Below are positions 24,401 through 36,349 of a stretch of 64,000 nt of DNA, one piece after another. The notes under the pieces are model-generated. The model was not told the DNA's origin. It did no database searches and saw only the letters and a program-made list of their open reading frames with translations. The position numbers were made by a program, and so were the translations under genes. Source of the DNA: Intoshia linei (lineage: Eukaryota > Animalia > Orthonectida); assembly GCA_001642005.1 (NCBI GenBank), contig LWCA01000042.1:1-64000 (forward strand). Reading direction: 5' to 3'. Position 1 is the first letter of the stretch. The number at the start of each line of letters is the position of its first letter.

Positions 24401-26399
24401 TGAACATGGAGAAGAGTCATTTATCATCAATTTTATCCATGTATCATCATTTTATAGAATACGAAGACAACAAAATAGACATGGAGGCTAAATGTAACGA
24501 ATTGACTCGTTTCCTGGAAGCATCGGTTACAAATGCTGCTAAAAATGACGAACTTTTTAAGGAATTGAATATTATACTTAAAGGAACGCGCACCATGATT
24601 AATGTTTACAGAATTGAAAATAAAAAACTTCGTGGTAGATTCTATAATATGAGAGAATTGTATAATAAACAAAATAAAACTATAGAAAAATTAAAATATG
24701 TGCAAATTCAAAATACCCAAAAACCTAATCATATTTCTCAAAACGTAAAACCCAACATTAAGCACATTGCTCAGCCTGTACCTCCAGTAGATGCCAGTAC
24801 TCTTAAAAATTTAGAAGCTGTTCAAAATCACATTTCCAATGATCACCCAGATATTGTAAAAACTGAACATGTAAACCAATCCTCAAACAAACATGCACAT
24901 AAATCTGAATTTACACCTTATATAACAAAAATTCAAAACTATGAACAGGAACTAAGAGAAATTAAGGGTAAATATCGAAAATGCATGGAAAACCTAAACG
25001 AACTAACCAGAGTCCTGAATGATTCAAAATCAACTATACCTGAAAAGGAATTGGCTATGCGGCTTGCTCACGAAGAATCACTCAAAAGAGAAATTGACTA
25101 TCAAAGAGTTGATTTTAAGCAAAAAAAGCGTAGCCTAGAAGAAGAATACCAGAAAAAATTAAAAAAAGAGCAAAATTCCTCCTTCATGAACAAAAATTCC
25201 CACCATCCATTGTACAATAATTTAAATGAAGAACTTATAGCAACATCCGAAGCTCTTGAATGTTTAGAAGTTCAAAATATAGAGTTTGTCAAAAAATTTC
25301 AAGTTGTCAATGAAATGTACACAAAATTAGAATCTGAACAATCCCGAGTCAATCAAAACGAAATTTTAACTCGAGTCGAGAAAGAAAATTCCAAATCAGC
25401 AATCGAAAAACTTCGAAATGAAATTGACAACCAAAATAATACAATTCACGCGTTTCGTACAAATGAAATTAAACTTAACGATAAAGTCAGTACCTATGAA
25501 AAAGTCATTATTGAAAAAAATGATTTAATCGACATGTACACTAGAAAACTTATTGAATATAACCAAGAAATTGAAAATTTAGGAAGGGTAAATCGATCTA
25601 TTTCAGCTGAATTGGCTATTTCACAACATTCTCTTACCTCTAAAACTATTATGCTAGAAAAGCAAATCTTTGAAAATGATAAATTGAGGGTATGTCTATT
25701 TAATATTCATAATTTGTTTTATTTTTTAGTTGACGGTTTAAATTGTAAGCGTGGCATTTTTTGTTTAATGTTATTTTGTTTTATTGCATTTTAAAATGTG
25801 TAAATAAAAAAATTAAGATCCCTGTTAATATTAAAAATAAAAAGTGTGCTAACGTTTACTATTGATTGATAATTGATACAAAATAGGGCATCTAAACATG
25901 AAATTAAGAGAGGTATTTATATTTATGAATACACCCACTGTATCTGAGATGACTGCTTGGTCACTCGAAAACTTTTGGTCAAAATTTTTGATTTGGTGTA
26001 ATTAACTTTTAAATTATGCCAACAATTAAACCCTTTACTTTGTATTGGTAAAAAACTATAATATCTAAATTTAATGAATTCAATTTTAGGAAGAATGTAA
26101 AATAATGAGAAGAAAATTGAGAAGATTCCTAAATGGTGGTATTAACGATAAACAACTGTTAGATGAAGAATTACGTGAATATAAGGTATTTTTAGTAGTG
26201 ATCAATTTAAAAAATAATTTAGGATATTTTAACATGCCCATCGTGCAAAGTTCGTAAAAAAAATTGCATTTTAACCAAATGTTTCCATGTATTTTGCTAC
26301 GAATGTATGAAAATGCGCTACGACTCCAGACAAAGAAAATGTCCGAAATGTAACGCGCCTTTTGGAGCGCATGACTATAATAGAATTTATTTAACTTAA
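18441..26399 (+). CDS. BRE1: E3 ubiquitin ligase BRE1 (RNF20/40); exons ~18441-18497, 18561-18728, 23466-23679, 23723-23847, 23887-25689, 26090-26185, 26223-26399
   Basis: N-terminal [11 protein letters not shown]...[25 protein letters not shown]|[12 protein letters not shown] parallels RNF20 ([36 protein letters not shown]); long coiled coil; C-terminal [50 protein letters not shown]. Start codon uncertain. Confidence 0.93.
19092..20630 (-). mobile_element. hAT Buster/Charlie-group transposon remnant (ZBED5/SCAND3/FAM200-like transposase pseudogene, internally deleted) with only one terminus
   Basis: Terminus CAGCGGTTCCCAAACT at 19092 preceded by GCCTAGGT (NNNTANNN Buster target); BED finger [36 protein letters not shown]; C-terminal [13 protein letters not shown]...[17 protein letters not shown]. 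Confidence 0.92.
20635..23010 (-). pseudogene. L: Endogenous viral element: rhabdovirus (Mononegavirales) L polymerase fragment, frameshifted and internally deleted
   Basis: Colinear L motifs: [10 protein letters not shown], motif [23 protein letters not shown], motif B ([15 protein letters not shown]), motif [12 protein letters not shown], motif [79 protein letters not shown]. Confidence 0.95.
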
Positions 26400-26763
26400 T
26401 TTTGTAAACCAATACTGTACAGTACTATTGTAATATAGATTTTACGAATAAAATTTAATTTGTACAAATTATAATTTAAACTAAATATTTTTATTGATTG
26501 GTTATAAATTTATGTGACAAGTACAAATATAACCGAAATCCCTAATTATCATATAAATGAATGTTAATCAAAATTTGTTCTCACGCTTATACATGAACTT
26601 CATAATGTGTTTACCTTTAGTAGCGACTTGTCCGTATATCAAATCATCTGTCTTATTTATATTATTTAGAAATACATCGTAATTAGCAGTGTTGAGTTAA
26701 TTTGTATTATTCTTTTTAAATTTATTTAAACGAATAATGAACGTTAAATTTGAGTCCAACTAA

Positions 26764-29700
26764 ATGGAAAATTTCAAAAAGATATCTCGGCATTTGGGAT
26801 TTTTAAAAAAAGATCAAGTACCAACTGAAACTAATTTAAATGTGAACGACGACAAAGATCCCAATCCTTCGCAGCTTAAAATGTTGGAAAATACTTGCTT
26901 GAATCCTGAACCAGTACACGAAACTGTAACTAGGGTCACGTGGAGCAAAAAAATTGACTTTTTGTTGTCTGTCATAGGATTTTCAGTGGACCTTGGAAAT
27001 ATTTGGAGATTTCCATACATTTGTTACAGAAATGGAGGAGGTAACATATTTTAACATTTCAATTTTAATTTAATGTATCTGCTTTTGATACTTTTATATT
27101 TAATTAATTTTTTAATTTCGACAGCTGGCATTCAAAGTTTTTTATTAAATTTATTCTTTTGTTTTTCTTTATTCAGTTTTTAGTTTAACTAAATTTATAA
27201 ACATTTGTTCATAGGGTAAGTTTAGAAAATACCATTCAATATACATTGCATTTGATATTTAAATCTTGTATTACATTTATTTACATTTTTTTTAAATTTT
27301 AGTCAATTTCTCATGAATCGTTTAAGATTAATGTTTATATGTCAATGTTAATGCTTATTTGATTTATAATTCATATTGGATAATGGATTTTTTAATATTT
27401 CGATGGATTTATTATTAAATCTATAATTATTATATAATTTTATCATAATTATCGTGATATAATCGGTTAACCTATAATATAAAATTACTCTGTATTAATT
27501 GTAGTTTTGTTTTACTATTTACATTCAAAATTTAATAATACAATAAGAGTTAAAAAATATATAATATACCTTGAGGTATTTTTATGTGTAACGTTTTTAG
27601 AGTTTTTAAAATTACTTTTTAAAATTTTTTTTACTTCTCCAGTAGGTATGGTAACTTTATATCCCATTCTTTTAACAATTTTAAACGTATTATTCAATCC
27701 TTTAAAAATCTCAAAAAAAAATTATCTGTTGAGATTATCCATTGAAAAATGGACACTGTCCATTCGACAGACCCAGTTTTTAGATATTATAATAATAGCA
27801 GTAGATAATGATTCATTATATATTTAATATGTAATGTATATATTATGCATCAAAAATGAATCAATTGTATAAACGTGCTAAATCAACATTTAGGAGCTTT
27901 TTTGGTGGCTTATGTAATAATGCTTATTTTTGGAGGACTGCCTCTATTTTATATGGAGCTTGCATTAGGACAAGTGCAACGTACCGGTTGTATATCTGTA
28001 TGGAAAAAAATTTGTCCCATGATGAAAGGTATTCAAATTAGTTTTAAAATTTAGAGATTTATCAATTTAAGAAAATAAAAGAATAGTGACAAATTCTGTA
28101 GGGATGTCTGACTTCATGAATTTTTTAAAAATGTATTATTATTCAAGTGTAGAGATTTAAGAGACAAAATTAAGTATAAAACTTTTCACAAAATTCTAAT
28201 TTTTATGTCAAGTTTATGCAGTTAAAATTTAGTTCCAATTATGTGCTCTGCATAATTATCATTTTGGGGTATATGATCTTTTAAATTGATTGTTTATAAA
28301 CTAATTATAATTATAAAATAATAATAAATAAAAGGTACTATTTTTTATTATGTTGTGCTTTGAAATATACTAATATTAAGTGTTACCATTATTAGGTATA
28401 TAAATATACATTTTATGAGATTTATATAAGTCAGGATTTCCATTTTTAATACAATTTATTAGTAACGAATTCTTTAAGTTTTTCAGATTTTTATATAAAT
28501 TTACTTTAACCACCATTTACCAAAATCGACAATTCAAAATTTTTGTTTAATAAAATTTTAATAATAATAGAATCTAGTTTCTAAGAAACTGCTAACCGAT
28601 TTAGTATATATCATAATATAGTATTATAATACATTTTACTATACAGTAGTTTAATGAAAATGCTGAAAACAAAATTTTGTTTAAATTTTTATCTAAAATT
28701 AGTTTTGTTGTTCGTGAATTCTCTATTTCGCCATATATTTACATGTTCTCTATATAAATGAATGAATTTCACCACATTGTTCGCAAATCTATTTTTTTTA
28801 TGAAAAATTTTACTTTATTAACCAAGGGGGGATCAAAGCATGATAACATTTTATGGATTTATTTTGCAAAATTGATGGCGAATAACTAAGATTTGTATAA
28901 AAATTATAAGAAATATATTTTTTGAGTGAATAACTTAATTGGTTAATTTTAAGGCTCATATATTGAAGATTGCAGCTAAATATTGTATATAATTATAATA
29001 TTATTTTATATATACACTCGTTGACCGTTATGTATTACATACAAACAGGACCTAGCTCTGCAGAGGGCACATTTTTATTATACCAAAAAAATAAATCATA
29101 TCACATTACTTTTTACTTTAAAGTGAATTATTCCATCTTAATTTTTTTTAACATTTGAGATTGAAAAATTGCGTATCCATAAAAAAAATTTCGAAGGAAT
29201 AAATTATATAGATTTTCACCCAAATTTCTTTATTGGAAATGTGTAGACGTTCAATGCACATCTTTTTTGAAATTGTAGGATCAATATTTACCTTTTCAAT
29301 TTTTATTTTAATCAAAATATTTGAAAAATATTGGTTGATAATATGTTAAAAATTATTTTTCACCGAGAATGCGTAGATTTCAGGGATTGAAATTTTGTAT
29401 GTATATCAACTGGAATAAGCTCTATCAGAATTTTTTTTTTTTTTAATTTTCGGACCTTTAATTATTTCATATTTTTTGTTTTAATAAAACATTTCGAATA
29501 AAAAATTATCAATACTAAAATCCTTTTTTGACCGTGAAGTCATCACTTATTCGGATTGAAATTTTTTGTGTGTATTAACAGGATACAACTGTATCACCTG
29601 TAATTTTTTTGAAATTTTAGGGCTGTTACATAAAAAAAAGGTAATTCGTGATTTTGGCTTTGAAGATATATTTTTTTTAAATTTAAATTTATGATAATGT

Positions 29701-32700
29701 CTATGATTTTAAAATCCGTATCAGCGTATATATTTTTTAAATTCTCCAACTCGTTTGATTTTGAAAAAAAAGGACAATTGGGGTTTTTTACCCGTAAGAT
29801 GTGAGTTTGGGAGGTTGGAATTTATCTTATTATATTTCACGGAAAAAACTGTAATTGAAATGTGGACTTTATAAAATTAACCTTATTAAAGTTATCTCTA
29901 TTAATTATTGACCGATAAAATATGCATATTTAATAGGAATCGGGTTTGGAATATGCTTGATAGCTAGTTATGTAGCCATATATTACAACACAATATTAGC
30001 TTGGTCCATTTATTACTTTATCAATTCATTTCAAAAAATAATACCTTGGAGTAATTGTGATAACGATTGGAATACAGAAAATTGCGTCATTGTTAAAAAT
30101 GCCGACAATATGCAGTCAAATCGAACACTGAACAGTGCAGCCAAGGAATATTATTTGTAAGTTTAATAATTAAATTTTGTGATGAATTATTTTGCAATTA
30201 CGTAATTAATAATTAGCATAATATGTTAATTAAATGAAAGGTTTCCGTATCTGGGAATTAGAAATCTTTTTCATCGATGTAACATTATTATCAAAAAATT
30301 AGTACATCTTGTAAATCTTGCTATATTAAGAAATTTTAGGGGTCCATACAGTGGCAAATCTAAGATTTTCAGCCAGGGGAGCAAAATAAATACTACGGGA
30401 GCCAAACGCGTATAATTTATTTAAATTGGAATTTTTATATTGTTTTTTACAAATTGTAAATATTCCTATCTATAATAATAATTTATATATTTTTTTGTAC
30501 TACATTCATAGTTTTTGTATTCATTCTAGTAAATTTTTCAATATTGAACTGTTGAGTTGCATCAACTGCAGCTGAACTGCATCAAAATCGACATTTTCAG
30601 CAAGTTCTCTTTAAATTATGAACAACGTTAAATCATAAAAATTTAAGTTAAAACGTAAACGATAGGGCGTATAAAAATTTTTTAATTTTTCACATGTTAA
30701 TGATGTTAATACACAAATTAAAATATCTTAGGGCACATTTTTCACGTCATGGAGGCGGCCGAAATTAAGGAATAATACATGTCTAATTGTGGCGCAAATA
30801 TTAATGATAATAATTTTATTCATTTGACTAATAATCATGGTACAGTGCAGAATATTACCTATCTTATTTTGGCACAAATATTAATGATAATAATTTTATT
30901 CATTTGACTAATAATTATGGTACACTGAAGAATATTAGCTGTCTTATTTTGGCGCAAATATAAATGATTATAATTTTATTTATTTGGCTAATAATTAATG
31001 ATAAATTAAAGGATATTACTTGCAACTAATTCCATTATCTACATCTAAAAACAATTTGAGACATTCTTTTCTTTATAGTTTCATGATGTGAAACACCCTA
31101 GTAAGCTTATTACATTTGACGTGGATAGACGGGTAGCGAAATTTTAAAAAAGTAAAAATTAATTTTTATTTTTTAGTTACAAAGTATTAGAAATTCAAAA
31201 ATCGGATGGTTTAAGTAATATTGGTACTATAAAATTATCTTTGGCATTGTGCCTTCTTTTTTGCTTTTCCAGTGTTTATTTTGCACTATGGAAAGGAGTC
31301 AAATCTTCTGGAAAGGTAGATTATATAAATATACAAATTAATGTACGTTACTAAATATATTAATACTAGCTTGACTGTTTTGTACTTGGTAAAAACAGCA
31401 CCTAGCTTTGCCGAGGGTGGAATGTTATAATTTTACCAAAAAAATATATTCTTAAATAAAATTAACACTAGACACTATCACCAATCTTTTAAAGGAATGG
31501 TTGCCAAACGTTTGATTTTTTATTTATATATTCTAGGACGATTAATTATATCAAATTTTTTGTTTTAATGAAATAATTTCCCCAAAATCAAGGTAAACAG
31601 TAAATTCTTTTGTTAAATGAATGTTTAAGTTAACATTGAAAATTTTCATATATTGTAACTGGAAAAAGCTGTAAATTTCTAAGACATTTTTAGTTATTGA
31701 AATAAACGACAACACAAAGAGTTTTAGGAAATCATAATTTAGGATAATTTCCAATATTATATGTATTACAATTTTAGCGTCGCGAAAAACACGTTATAAA
31801 ATGTAAATTTTCCTGGATCACAAAATTTTTGCGTGGTCCCATAGGGCCCACATATTCCACGCTAAGAATGGTTGATTGATGGTTTGATGGATTGATTTTT
31901 TTAAACATCAATTAATATATTATTTAGGCAGTATGGATAACGGCAACATTACCTTATTTTATTCTTATAATATTACTAATACGTGGAGTAACATTACCTG
32001 GTGCTTCAGCTGGAATTCTTTATTATTTAATTCCGCAATGGGAAAAATTACTAGAAACTAAAGTATTTTATACATATGTTTATTTATATATAATTGCGGA
32101 AACTACTAACGGCTTTTCGCGGTAGGACCCCAGGACGGCACGTGTTCTCCATAAATTATGTATGAATTTAAATAATTTAGAATCAGTACCCGCGCAACTT
32201 CTAATATATTACGTTTTTTTACAAAACAATACATTCATTATAACAACTACAAAAAAAATTGATTCCACGACATACTTTACTTTATTTTTACTTAAATCTA
32301 ACCATTTTTACTAAAAATCCACTTTTACCAACCTTTAATGGAAAAATTCGGTTTTATTATCATTATTATTATCGGAAAAAATATTATAGATAAATAAAGT
32401 AAAGTAAATATAAAGTTTTTCACATGTTGCGTACGTTTAAGTAACATTTAAGTGATTTTTTCAATTGTATTTTTTATTTTAAAAATGAATAAGTTAAAAT
32501 TGAAACCACCATCCTTATAGTGCAGGGGTCACCAACTTTTGCATCCCATGAATCGTGGGTCATTTTTTTTATACCAAAAAATTATACGTCCCCGTTTTTA
32601 AATATTTACACCTGATACATTTCAATTTTAACTAAATTGAAACCATTCATACTCAACAAAATAAAATCCAGGGCGATCTGAAAATTTATAAAATGTTAAA

Positions 32701-35700
32701 AATGAAAAGTAGAAAATGTTTACAACGGTTTTTAAAACTTGAAAATTTTAAAAATAAATAAATCAAATATTTACTCAAAGGTCCACCAAAATTAATATGT
32801 GGGTCACTGATTGCCGACCCCTGTTATAATATAAAAGTGTGTATGACGTAAAAAAACCTATCACAACGTTTATAATTTTATATGCTGCTTTTATTCGATA
32901 TTTAGATATGGATAGATGCAGGTTCTCAAATATTTTTCAGTTTGGGACCAGGATTTGGTGTATTATTAGCATTTGCCAGTTACAACCCACCGAAAAATAA
33001 TTGTTACAAGTAATGGCAATAAATTATACATAAAATTTAATAAACAAATGCAGTATCCTCTCTAACATTCTCCAGCTTTGTAGTGGTCAATCCGCTACAT
33101 TACATTATTTTTTGTAAAAAATATATTTTATTAACAGGGGGGACCAAGATATGAAAAAAATTCTAATAAAAATTAATGGTATTATCAACCAAATTTCAGG
33201 GTAACGGAATTCGATTTTAACAGAATTCCTTGTTAATTAAAATATTCTTGATTTATGATTAATTAATTGACTATTTTATAAAATATACTGACTAAAATAA
33301 AGAATATAACGCAAAATTTAAATGTTATAAAAATAAAAATGAATTTCAGTTTTTCTTGATAATTACATTAATAATCTACAAGTAATCAATTGAAAAGCAT
33401 AACATATTAAAAAATAAATCTTCCAATTTGCCATAATTTTAATTAAAAATCAATTTAACAATACTGACTGTACTTGAAGAATTTACAGAAACATGTTTAA
33501 AAATAAACCATTAAATTCATTTTTATTTTAATTAAAATGTAGTTATATAAAATCATGTTAACGAGGAATTAGTCATTATAGGGGTTTATATGATTCAAAT
33601 TCTCTACTAAGTCAGAAATTATATCATTAGAACATATATGTGTAGATGGAGAATACTGTAATAAATATTTTAATTCAAACATCTAGAGATGCATTATTAA
33701 CTTCCTTTATTAATTGTTTTACGAGCTTTTTATCGGGATTTGTTGTCTTTTCTGTCATAGGATACATGGCTCACATTCAAAATACAAAAATAGAAGATAC
33801 TATTGACGAGGGTTTAATTTATTATTGATTATTTAATTATTTTTTTATAAATTTTAAATTTAGAAGCTGGATTAATATTTATAGTTTACCCTGCCGCACT
33901 AACAACGTTAACGGGAAGTTCATTTTTCTCGGCAATATTTTTTCTAATGCTTTATACACTTGGGCTAGATAGTACAGTTGTTTTATTTTAATTTTTTTAT
34001 ATATTGAATATAGTTTGGTGGTCTGGAAGCATTAATAACCGGAATTTGTGATGAATGGCCTAAAACTATTGGAAAACGGCGGGAATTGTTTGTGTTGAGT
34101 CTTATAGTTTATTGTTTCTTGGGATCATTGGTCACAACTACTTATGTATTTTATTTTTATGAATTTTCAGAATTGTTACAATTAGGGTGGAAATTACATT
34201 ATTAAATTGTTGGATTCATATGGTGCTTCAAAATCTATACTATTTATATGTATGTTGGAATGTATTACAGTTAATTGGATATATGGTAAGTATTTTAGTG
34301 TAATAATAAATCGTGGGTTCTTAACCTGGCGTCTCTGGACTGAATTAATTTGAATTTAAAAAAAAAAAAATAATTGGGATTTTTGACCTTGAAGGACTCA
34401 ATTTCTGAAAATGAAATATGTGATTAAACATCACCATCGAATAACGTTAATAGACATATGAATTGTTTCAAATTCAACTCCTCTTACTTTCTTAACTCTT
34501 TGAGGATACAGGGCACGAGTACGTGCGATGGATAATATCAATAAATTATAAAATCGCAAAATCCTGTGCGATAGTTAATTTAATGGTTAATTAATTGGCT
34601 TCTAATTTCTTCTCTAATTTAGCCTTAACACATTAAAGTACCTATAAAACATACATTAGTGTAAAAATGACATCTGGTGTAATAAATACAATGCAATTCC
34701 ACATGGCTTGTTTTAAATTTTACAAATTTTACAAAAAATCTCTATTTAAAATAACGAATATTCCTCAAAGGGTTAAATAAACTAGAACAGACAGACAGAT
34801 AAACAAATAAACACATAGGCCCACAGACATACAATTAACTAAATTATTTTACATGAGTAATAATTTATTTCATTGGTAGAATTAAAAAATTCCTCCCTCG
34901 GCAGAGTTAGGTTCTATTTGTACAAAGTACATAACCGTCAACCAAGTTACCTTATATAGGTAATGATTTAATGATAATATTTATTATATAGGCGTTAAAA
35001 GATTTTCAAAAGATTTGGAAAACATGAATGGCCATAAACCAGCATTATTTTGGAAAATATGTTGGGTTGTTATATCACCAATGTTTTTACTAGTGCGTTT
35101 TACTTATATAATATGAATATTCACCATTACAGTATAACAGCCAAACCTAGCGTACCGAGACCCTTCGGTGAGACCAAATTTTTGTAAAATTAGTAAAAAT
35201 TATATTTTTCAAAACAATAACATTTTGTTTTATTTTCACATTTGAAATGTCTATTCCAAACCGGTAGAAAAGTGACTAGTGGCTATGTGGCATTAGGTAC
35301 CGTTTGGAAACATTTTAAAAGGGTCTGTTTTTGGTCCGTAACTATTTGGGTCTATTGTTGGGTATTATTTTGGGTCCCTAAGCTTAAATAAGAGATTATT
35401 CAAAAAAGTTGCGAAACACTGTTTGATTTTTGAATAGGTTATATTAAAAAATCTTACTAAATTATTATATTTTAGACATTATTTATTTTATCCATGCTAG
35501 ATACAGATACATTAATAGGGCAAGATTATGTTTATCCATATTGGGTTTATTATATAGGATGGGGAATTACGTTTAGTTCATTGGTTCCCATTCCATTGTA
35601 CATAATTTATCGATTTTTCTTTGTTGAAACAGGATCCATTAAAAATGTAATTTTTTATAAATATTTTTAAATTATATAATAATGTTAATTACTTATAACT

Positions 35701-36254
35701 TTTAATCTCATGAGTTATAAGGTAGTCTAATTCCTACTTAGTTAACGGAATTTTTTATGCAAGAATTTTTAATTTAATAATGAAAATTTATGGGGTTTCA
35801 TATTTTTGCTTTTGAATTATTTAGGTTACACCTTCAATGTATTTCGTACATTCCAATTTTTAAAGTCATTTTAAAAAAATAATTTCCTCAAGTACAGTGA
35901 GTATTTTTTTAGCTAATACGATATTTATTTTATATTTAAGTATACATGTTTGAAATTAAAATTAAAAAATTAGCAAAGGGATCATGGACAATATTCCATT
36001 AAAATTTTAATTACACTCCTAGTTTAGGCATTGATTACAATTAACCATTAGATTCATATACTATATTACTTATGTATTTTTGAACATATTTTTTTTGATT
36101 TTATTTTGTGGTTTTATCACAAAAACCACTAAAAATAAACGTAATATTTATAATTCAGAAAATTAAGTAATCCGTAAATATGAACTACAGACTGTATAAG
36201 AATAATTTTATTTTTTAGAGATTAAACAAAATGATTAAACCAGAAATTAATTAA
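26764..36254 (+). CDS. SLC6A4: Sodium-dependent serotonin transporter (SLC6A4/SERT-like), ~13 exons
   Basis: [34 protein letters not shown] with the monoamine-transporter Asp and SERT-type LGN/ICY; [46 protein letters not shown]. Confidence 0.9.
29010..29880 (-). mobile_element. Helitron-like family copy in a SERT intron
   Basis: Reverse-complement hairpin end (TTGACCGTTATGTATTACATACAAACAGGACCTAGCTCTGC) and internal modules shared with 13052-13616. Confidence 0.7.
30350..30640 (-). mobile_element. hAT remnant (one terminus plus transposase C-terminal trace)
   Basis: Terminus CAGTGGCAAATCTAAGATTTT..GGGGAGC; minus-strand [12 protein letters not shown] resembles hAT C-termini. Confidence 0.5.
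30791..31000. repeat. 80-bp tandem repeat, ~2.6 copies
   Basis: Units start at 30791, 30871 and 30951 (GGCGCAAATATTAATGATAATAATTTTATTCATTTGACTAATAAT...). Confidence 0.9.
32523..32823. mobile_element. Buster-type hAT MITE (~300 bp)
   Basis: TIRs CAGGGGTCACCAA / TTGCCGACCCCTG; degenerate NNNTANNN TSD TTATAGTG/TTATAATA. Confidence 0.7.
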
Positions 36255-36349
36255 AAGAAATAAATTTATAAATTTAATTTTGGTCCACATAAAATAAAAT
36301 GTAATGTTAATGTTATTTGCACTTCAGTTACCACAAAGTGAAATTATTC

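Noticed and set aside
26086-26412. 108-aa minus-strand ORF (likewise 24433-24672, 26814-27020, 10132-10435, 19610-19819, 21483-21710, 41980-42180, 44874-45071, 58953-59255)
   Set aside because: Antisense shadows of real exons or pseudogenes on the other strand.
30791-31000. Possible CRISPR-like array
   Set aside because: Whole 80-bp units repeat with no unique spacers; eukaryotic context; no cas genes.
26764-36254. Dopamine/octopamine transporter assignment
   Set aside because: TM1 reads DLGN..RFPYICY as in SERT rather than DLAN..RFPYLCY of DAT/NET; phylogeny would be decisive.
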